The notes beneath the pieces are model-generated. The model worked only from the letters and a program-made list of their open reading frames with translations. It searched no databases and was not told the DNA's origin. A stretch of 51,964 bases of DNA from Bacillota bacterium (GTDB lineage Bacteria > Bacillota > Clostridia > Christensenellales > CAG-138), in the NCBI GenBank assembly GCA_023451115.1, contig JAEXFV010000117.1, forward strand, positions 1-51,964, read 5' to 3'. Position numbers and translations under genes: made by a program. This document shows, piece by piece, positions 47,135 to 51,964 of this stretch (within the stretch, counting starts at the first letter, position 1; the number at the start of each line of letters is the position of its first letter).

Positions 47135-48531
47135 GATTGAGCACTCCGCAGGGCCTGCTTGGTAAGGGAGAGCTGGGTATCCAATACGGCTTGCTGGTAG
47201 CCACTGGCCTGGTACGCTTCCCTCGCCGATAGGATGCAGGCCTGCAACTGCTTTTGATAGGCGCTGTCCAGATCATGAAAGCCATCAAAAGTTGGAGGAA
47301 TATAGAAATCATAATCCGCGTACATAGTGGTAGCCGCTGTCAGAAGTTTTTTAATATTCTGATTTTCAACAGCATCAATTTCCTGCTGCATACTTTCCCC
47401 AAAGGCGGCGATGGTCACAGGGAGATACCCTGTGGAAGAGATAAATTTCATATTCTGTTCCGGCGCGGTAAACCATTTTAAAAAAGTAGCGGCTGCAAGT
47501 TCCTTTTCCGGAGTAGAGCGGGTGATGCACATGCCGCTGCCACGCTGTATTGCCACTTTTTTACCGCCCTCAAATACAGGGTAAGGTAATATGGTATAGG
47601 TTACCTCTTCCGTTGTATTGTCCGCATAAGTGATGCTGTCCCCATAAAATAGAATACCGGCTGTTGATCCGGTGGAACAGATAATTTCCCCCGTTTTTGA
47701 TAATTCGGAGGAGTAACTATCGGCGATCACAATCGCACCTTTTGCAGCTGCATAAAATAACGGATCAAATACCCGGGAAAAAACGGGGGAGTCATAGTCT
47801 ATAGAGGCGTCCTGAATGAGGGAAGCGCCCAGCTGCGCCATTCCCACCTGGGCGATGTTGAACCAGGAATCGGGCATATAAAAAGCCTTTCCATCTCCCG
47901 GGATATCCGGCGTTTGCGCGTCCGCCCAGTCATAATAGGTAACGGCGGCTTGCGCCAGCCCTTCGAAAGTGGAGAGCTGCTCCAATGTTGCGCCGGTTTC
48001 TGCGGCAAAACGATCAAATAAAGTTTGATTGAGGAACAATACTTCGGTGGATTTTGCAAAAGGAAACACATACAGCCCGCCGTCTGCCAAGCGGCCTTCC
48101 TCAACGAAACGGGGAAGATAGGCGGAGAGCTCCTCCCGGGTAAACGCTTCGTCCAAATTCACCAAAAGGCCCTTTTGCTGCAATGTAAGGGCTGTATTGG
48201 GATAACAAGTGGTTATGTCAGGAAGCACAGGAGCGCCGGGATCACCGTTAGCGGCCATGGTGAGCTTTTCCTGCAAAATAGCTGACCCGGAAACGGAAGT
48301 TACGTTTAACTGGATGCCGGTTTCTTTCCCTAGGGTGCTGTTAAATTCGTCTACCAGCTCATCCATGGTGGCAAGCATTTGGCCACCAAAGTTGTGCCAG
48401 AGGGTGATGGTTACCGGATTTTTAGGATCAAGCCCCGCTTTCTTTTGGCATCCGCACAACAACATGCCACATATCAACCCGATGCAGGTGAAAAGGGAAA
48501 ATAGGCGATAAACAGTGCCTTTTTTATACAA
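47131..48531 (-). CDS. Extracellular solute-binding lipoprotein (ABC-type SBP family 1) with no adjacent permease or ATPase genes
   Basis: TTG start at 48531 (GGAGG 9 nt upstream). The lipobox is MLLCGC|QKK. ITLWHNFGG... and the ~45 kDa size are typical of family-1 SBPs. Confidence 0.83.
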   Translation of the reverse strand: MYKKGTVYRLFSLFTCIGLICGMLLCGCQKKAGLDPKNPVTITLWHNFGGQMLATMDELVDEFNSTLGKETGIQLNVTSVSGSAILQEKLTMAANGDPGAPVLPDITTCYPNTALTLQQKGLLVNLDEAFTREELSAYLPRFVEEGRLADGGLYVFPFAKSTEVLFLNQTLFDRFAAETGATLEQLSTFEGLAQAAVTYYDWADAQTPDIPGDGKAFYMPDSWFNIAQVGMAQLGASLIQDASIDYDSPVFSRVFDPLFYAAAKGAIVIADSYSSELSKTGEIICSTGSTAGILFYGDSITYADNTTEEVTYTILPYPVFEGGKKVAIQRGSGMCITRSTPEKELAAATFLKWFTAPEQNMKFISSTGYLPVTIAAFGESMQQEIDAVENQNIKKLLTAATTMYADYDFYIPPTFDGFHDLDSAYQKQLQACILSAREAYQASGYQQAVLDTQLSLTKQALRSAQS

Positions 48532-48550
48532 TGCCAGCTTCCTCCAAATG

Positions 48551-48574
48551 AAAAATCACCCCAAAAATCACCCC
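48551..48574. repeat. Perfect tandem direct repeat 2 x 12 bp (AAAAATCACCCC) in the divergent intergenic region
   Basis: Read directly: positions 48551-48562 are identical to 48563-48574. On the minus strand this is GGGGTGATTTTT x2, ending 5 nt upstream of the SBP Shine-Dalgarno site. Confidence 0.9.
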
Positions 48575-48705
48575 TGCAGAGTGCTTACAACCCGTTGAAC
48601 ATACGCTATACTCAAAATAGTTAATCTCCATTATTCATTGTACCGTTTCACATCCGGATCGTCAACGGGCCCATATGTTGTAGACCAGGTGGGAGAGGTA
48701 AAAAG

Positions 48706-49065
48706 ATGTTTGCCAAGCGATATAAAATCCAGATGACGCACAAAGGTACACGGTATCTTTTTTATTGCGATTTATGTAATGCGTGCTGTGCGGTGGATGC
48801 TTTATTACAAAGTGGCCCGGAAAAAGCATGGAGGCAAGCGAGAAGCCATTTTAACCGTTGTCACCGGTGTGGAAGGTGGGTATGCGACAATCACTATGAC
48901 GAAAGCGTAATGCTCTGCTGCCCTTGCGCTGCGTTGCAGTTGCGGGAGGCCCAAGCGGCCTGGGGTTATCGCACGTCCCATTGTGAATGCTGCGGCGCTA
49001 CGCTTCAGGAGAAAGATCTTTTTTGCCGGGTATGCGGTAAGCCTATAGCAGGCAAGGGGGCGTGA
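48706..49065 (+). CDS. Small Cys-rich protein: uncharacterised 8-Cys module + one zinc ribbon
   Basis: 119 aa. YCDLCNACC...HFNRCHRCGRWVCDNHYDESVMLCCPCA is followed by CECCGATLQEKDLFCRVCG. The RBS is GGAGAGG. Confidence 0.7.
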   Translation: MFAKRYKIQMTHKGTRYLFYCDLCNACCAVDALLQSGPEKAWRQARSHFNRCHRCGRWVCDNHYDESVMLCCPCAALQLREAQAAWGYRTSHCECCGATLQEKDLFCRVCGKPIAGKGA

Positions 49066-49121
49066 TGCTTTCGTAATGGATGAACAGCCATACACAACAA
49101 TCACTGTTTAGGAGGCAAACA

Positions 49122-49595
49122 ATGGCAAATGATTTATTTGGCGGATTAGGTGGTTTTATGAAGGGACTCTCCAGCTTTATGCCACAGGATGACCCTAACG
49201 TCCAGTTACTCAATGCCCAAACGGAATTATCGGACTTGATAAAAAGGGAAGCAGAATTATATGCCCAGATTGGGAAAAGAGCGATGGAAGTAGATCCAGG
49301 CCGATATGTAGAGTTTGGAGACCAATTACGGCTGGTGCAATCCAATATTGCCGCAGCCCAATCCAAGCTCAACCAGCTTAAAAATGAAAAAGAGGCGAAA
49401 GAAAAGGCGGAAAAGGAAGAACGGGATAATCGTACTTGCCCGGAGTGCGGTCATGAAAACCCGGAAGGCGTAAAGTTCTGCCAGGAATGCGGCACAAAGG
49501 TGGGAGGAACCGAAAAATGCTTCTGTGGCGCGTGCGGCGCGGAAAATCCCAGAGGAACCAAGTTTTGCGGCGAATGCGGCAATAAATTACTGTAA
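49122..49595 (+). CDS. Coiled-coil protein with two C-terminal zinc ribbons
   Basis: I chose the ATG at 49122 (AGGAGG 6 nt upstream). It has a Gly-rich N-terminus (DLFGGLGGFMKGLSSFMP) and a heptad-like, K/E-rich middle region. The ribbons are CPECGHENPEGVKFCQECG and CGACGAENPRGTKFCGECG. Confidence 0.75.
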   Translation: MANDLFGGLGGFMKGLSSFMPQDDPNVQLLNAQTELSDLIKREAELYAQIGKRAMEVDPGRYVEFGDQLRLVQSNIAAAQSKLNQLKNEKEAKEKAEKEERDNRTCPECGHENPEGVKFCQECGTKVGGTEKCFCGACGAENPRGTKFCGECGNKLL

Positions 49596-49618
49596 ATTGC
49601 CTAAAAAGGAGGGAGCCT

Positions 49619-49951
49619 ATGGCCAGCTACAAACAGTCTTGTATCCACTGTGGCACATTACTGGATCGGGATGCGCGGTTTTGCCCCCGTTGTGGAAGCG
49701 GGAGCCCGTTTGGGTATCTGTGCCCCAATTGCCTGAGGCCCATAGAAAAAGGGAATGCCCTGTGCGCTGGATGCGGCAGACCTCTGTATACCAGCTGCCC
49801 AACCTGTGGCGGCATGACGTTTGTACAGGAAGCTTGCGAACAATGCGGCGCCAGCCTCATGGCGCCTTGCTCCAATAAGCGTTGCGGTGTGCTGCAGTTT
49901 TTTGAAAACACAAAATGCACTGCCTGCGGCAAAAAGATAAAAGCAAAATAA
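49619..49951 (+). CDS. Protein made almost entirely of four zinc-ribbon (CxxC...CxxC) units
   Basis: 110 aa with AGGAGGG upstream. The units are CIHCG..FCPRCG, CPNCL..LCAGCG, CPTCG..CEQCG and C.NKRCG...CTACG. Confidence 0.75.
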   Translation: MASYKQSCIHCGTLLDRDARFCPRCGSGSPFGYLCPNCLRPIEKGNALCAGCGRPLYTSCPTCGGMTFVQEACEQCGASLMAPCSNKRCGVLQFFENTKCTACGKKIKAK

Positions 49952-49966
49952 GAGGTGGAAGAAGCC

Positions 49967-50731
49967 ATGTTAAAAGCGTTTACCAGAAATTATAGTGACG
50001 ATTCTACAGAGGCCGGTTTTCAATTTACATTTTATTGCGATATTTGCTCAGACGGATATAAATCCTCCTTTATTCAGTCCGAAACCTATAAAAAGCGCAA
50101 AGGGCTTCGGGGTATTTCGCAAGGAATTAACATTGTAGGGAGCTTGATTGGAGGAGCGGCAAGCAACTTTGGCTCATCGGTAGCAAGAGGCGGGGATGTG
50201 CTGGCAGACCGGTTTGAGGAGCGTAGCCCCGAATGGATGAAGGAACACGAACAGGCTTTTGAGCGTGCGCAGAATGAAGCGCAACAGCATTTCCACCGCT
50301 GCCATAGTTGTCATAAGTGGGTTTGCGATGCGGATTATAACGAAGATGAGGGTTTATGCGTTGAGTGTGCGCCGCGGCAGGATATTTATGTTGCCAAAGC
50401 CCGTTCTGAGGCAATGCGCCGTAACATCGATGAAAAGGCAGAAACGGCTACTGTTTGGAAAGGTGAGGTGGAATATAAAACCACAGTTTGCCCTGTATGC
50501 GGTAAACCTGCCGGTACAGCAAAATTCTGCAACAACTGTGGCGCATCCCTGGCTCGCCCCACCTGCCCCAACTGCGGTGCACAAATGTCGCCAGGCGTTA
50601 AGTTTTGTAACGAGTGCGGCTCCCCCATGCGTGCAGCCGCTCCCCAGCGGCCTGCCCGTTGCTCCCGCTGTGGTGCAGAACTGGTGCCGGGCATAAAGTT
50701 TTGCGGCGAATGTGGCGCCAGGGTTGAGTAA
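49967..50731 (+). CDS. Cys-rich protein: second copy of the 8-Cys module (with a Gly/Ser-rich insert) + three zinc ribbons
   Basis: I chose the ATG at 49967 (GAGGTGGA upstream). YCDICSDGY...HFHRCHSCHKWVCDADYNEDEGLCVECA is followed by CPVCGKPAGTAKFCNNCG, CPNCGAQMSPGVKFCNECG and CSRCGAELVPGIKFCGECG. Confidence 0.75.
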   Translation: MLKAFTRNYSDDSTEAGFQFTFYCDICSDGYKSSFIQSETYKKRKGLRGISQGINIVGSLIGGAASNFGSSVARGGDVLADRFEERSPEWMKEHEQAFERAQNEAQQHFHRCHSCHKWVCDADYNEDEGLCVECAPRQDIYVAKARSEAMRRNIDEKAETATVWKGEVEYKTTVCPVCGKPAGTAKFCNNCGASLARPTCPNCGAQMSPGVKFCNECGSPMRAAAPQRPARCSRCGAELVPGIKFCGECGARVE

Positions 50732-50805
50732 AGAAACCGGTTGCTTATATGGCGACAACGAACGTTACACACAACTCACTGCTGAAAAAACAAAAGGAGG
50801 ATGTT

Positions 50806-51579
50806 ATGCCATTTTGCAACCAGTGTGGCAGCCAGGTGCCGGAGGAAGTGCGTTTTTGTACAGAATGCGGCGCGCCAATGGATGCCAAGGAAAATGCGAG
50901 AGAGAAACGGGAGGCTGAGTTTTCAGGGCAGCCTGCGTCGTATCCTCCGCAACAGACCTATGCCCCGGCTCAACCATATCAGCAGCCTTATGTACAGACA
51001 CAGGCAATAACGGGCGCAAACACCGGTTATGGCGCCCAACCGGCTTATGTGCCACAGCCCGGCCATGGGCCTGCAGCATCCAAAGCACCCAAAGCCCGTA
51101 AGGACGGTATAAACGCCATGGGCGTAGGCGCTTATTTAGGGACGCTGTTATTGATGATGATCCCGCTGGTAGGCTTCATCCTTACGATTGTATGGGCCTG
51201 CGGGGGCACCAGCAATCTTAATAAACGTAACCTGGCCAGAGCTTACTTAATCCTGATGCTGATCATGCTGGTGATTAGCGCGTGCTTCTATTTTGCAGTG
51301 CGGGGGTTAATTGGCTCAGCCCTTGCAGAACTGGAGCTGCTAAGTGGATATAGCGGTTTTTTCCAAGAAGATGGCTTGGAAAGTAAAGTGCCCACGATGA
51401 ATGACAATGACGATTATGGCTTTCACAGCAGCGATCAAAGCGGTAGCAATCTTGAGGAGGACTCTCCTGGTGCAGAGGGAAACGAGCTGGATTATTTGGA
51501 AGATATTCAGGCTACCAGCGAGGATATGAAAGCGTTGCAGGATTTGTTGAACGCATTAAACGGCCTGCAAAATGAATAG
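50806..51579 (+). CDS. N-terminal zinc-ribbon membrane protein (Q/P/Y-rich linker, two TM helices, acidic C-terminal tail)
   Basis: I chose the ATG at 50806 (AAGGAGG 7 nt upstream). MPFCNQCGSQVPEEVRFCTECG is the ribbon. TM helices are GAYLGTLLLMMIPLVGFILTIVWA and AYLILMLIMLVISACFYFAV. The tail is D/E-rich. Confidence 0.75.
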   Translation: MPFCNQCGSQVPEEVRFCTECGAPMDAKENAREKREAEFSGQPASYPPQQTYAPAQPYQQPYVQTQAITGANTGYGAQPAYVPQPGHGPAASKAPKARKDGINAMGVGAYLGTLLLMMIPLVGFILTIVWACGGTSNLNKRNLARAYLILMLIMLVISACFYFAVRGLIGSALAELELLSGYSGFFQEDGLESKVPTMNDNDDYGFHSSDQSGSNLEEDSPGAEGNELDYLEDIQATSEDMKALQDLLNALNGLQNE

Positions 51580-51632
51580 GGTTTTCCATTATTAAAACAG
51601 TGAGGATATAACAAATTTAGGAGGTAAAGAAG

Positions 51633-51964
51633 ATGGCTTTTTGTGGAAAATGTGGTACACAGTTAGCGGATGGTGCAAAGTTTTGCCCCTCTTGCGGGGC
51701 GCAGACCGGAGCGGCTCCAACGCCCCAACCCCAATACAACGCCGGCTATCAGCAAGCGCAGCAGGGATACCAGGGGAATTATCAGCAAGCGCAGCAGCAA
51801 CATCAGCAGCGTCAAGGCGCACAAAGCAACGCCCGGGATGCGGAAGAAAACAAAGTGATGGCTATTCTGGCTTACCTTGGCATTCTAGCTTTGATTCCCT
51901 ATTTTGCCGCACCCAATTCCCGCTTTGCCCGTTATCATGCAATCCAGGGATTGAACCTGTGCAT
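51633..51964 (+). CDS. N-terminal zinc-ribbon protein with a Q-rich linker and the start of a DUF4870-like membrane domain; truncated by the window end
   Basis: ATG at 51633 (AGGAGG 7 nt upstream). MAFCGKCGTQLADGAKFCPSCG is followed by a Q-rich stretch and then MAILAYLGILALIPYFAAPNSRFARYHAIQGLNL, which resembles the start of DUF4870. Confidence 0.7.
   Translation, partial: MAFCGKCGTQLADGAKFCPSCGAQTGAAPTPQPQYNAGYQQAQQGYQGNYQQAQQQHQQRQGAQSNARDAEENKVMAILAYLGILALIPYFAAPNSRFARYHAIQGLNLC

Noticed and set aside
48548-48598. 16-codon + strand mini-ORF (ATG AAA AAT CAC CCC AAA AAT CAC CCC ...) covering the tandem repeat
   Set aside because: It has no SD site. The upstream CCTCC is the complement of the SBP gene's RBS. 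The repeat is more simply read as a DNA or 5'-UTR element.

Overview
This is a 51,964 bp chromosomal window, with no mobile-element boundary that I can see. It most likely comes from a spore-forming, anaerobic Firmicute of the Clostridia/Oscillospiraceae type. That inference rests on a CIRCE operator at groESL, S-box, glycine and purine riboswitches with intrinsic terminators, AGGAGG-type Shine-Dalgarno sites, CotH/LysM coat-type genes, nfnAB, and roughly mid-50s %GC by eye. I support about 45 protein-coding genes. They include: a 3'-truncated CotH protein with lamin-tail repeats, divergent from a DUF3794-LysM coat-like gene; metK behind a SAM-I riboswitch; a TtcA-like PP-loop ATPase; an AraC/GyrI regulator; deoD; a radical-SAM gene plus a P-loop kinase; nfnAB; a frameshifted long nucleoside-kinase gene; an ECF S-component; a DUF2500 protein; a long fold-type-II PLP enzyme; groES-groEL; glpK; and an Ldh_2 oxidoreductase. 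A purine-catabolic divergon follows, with hydantoinase-like, MocA-like and guanine deaminase genes on one strand and adenine deaminase plus a three-subunit xanthine dehydrogenase on the other. After that come a PF12897-type aminotransferase, a DUF1538 permease with a tandem P-II protein, a cell-wall amidase, a PaaI thioesterase, a lipoprotein hydrolase, and an ECF sigma factor with an SH3b-repeat membrane partner. The window ends with a glycine-riboswitch-controlled alanine/glycine:cation symporter, an operon of a solute-binding protein, a membrane LuxR-type regulator and DUF5131, and an array of six consecutive zinc-ribbon proteins that runs off the end. I found no rRNA, tRNA, CRISPR array, transposase or integrase. 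The candidates most worth follow-up are: (1) the uncharacterised zinc-ribbon gene array at 48.7-52.0 kb and its divergent SBP/LuxR/DUF5131 sensor operon; (2) a guanine-class riboswitch variant with an enlarged L3 in front of the purine-catabolic operon; (3) the DUF1538 + tandem P-II pair. All functional calls come from reading translated motifs by eye. No database search was run.
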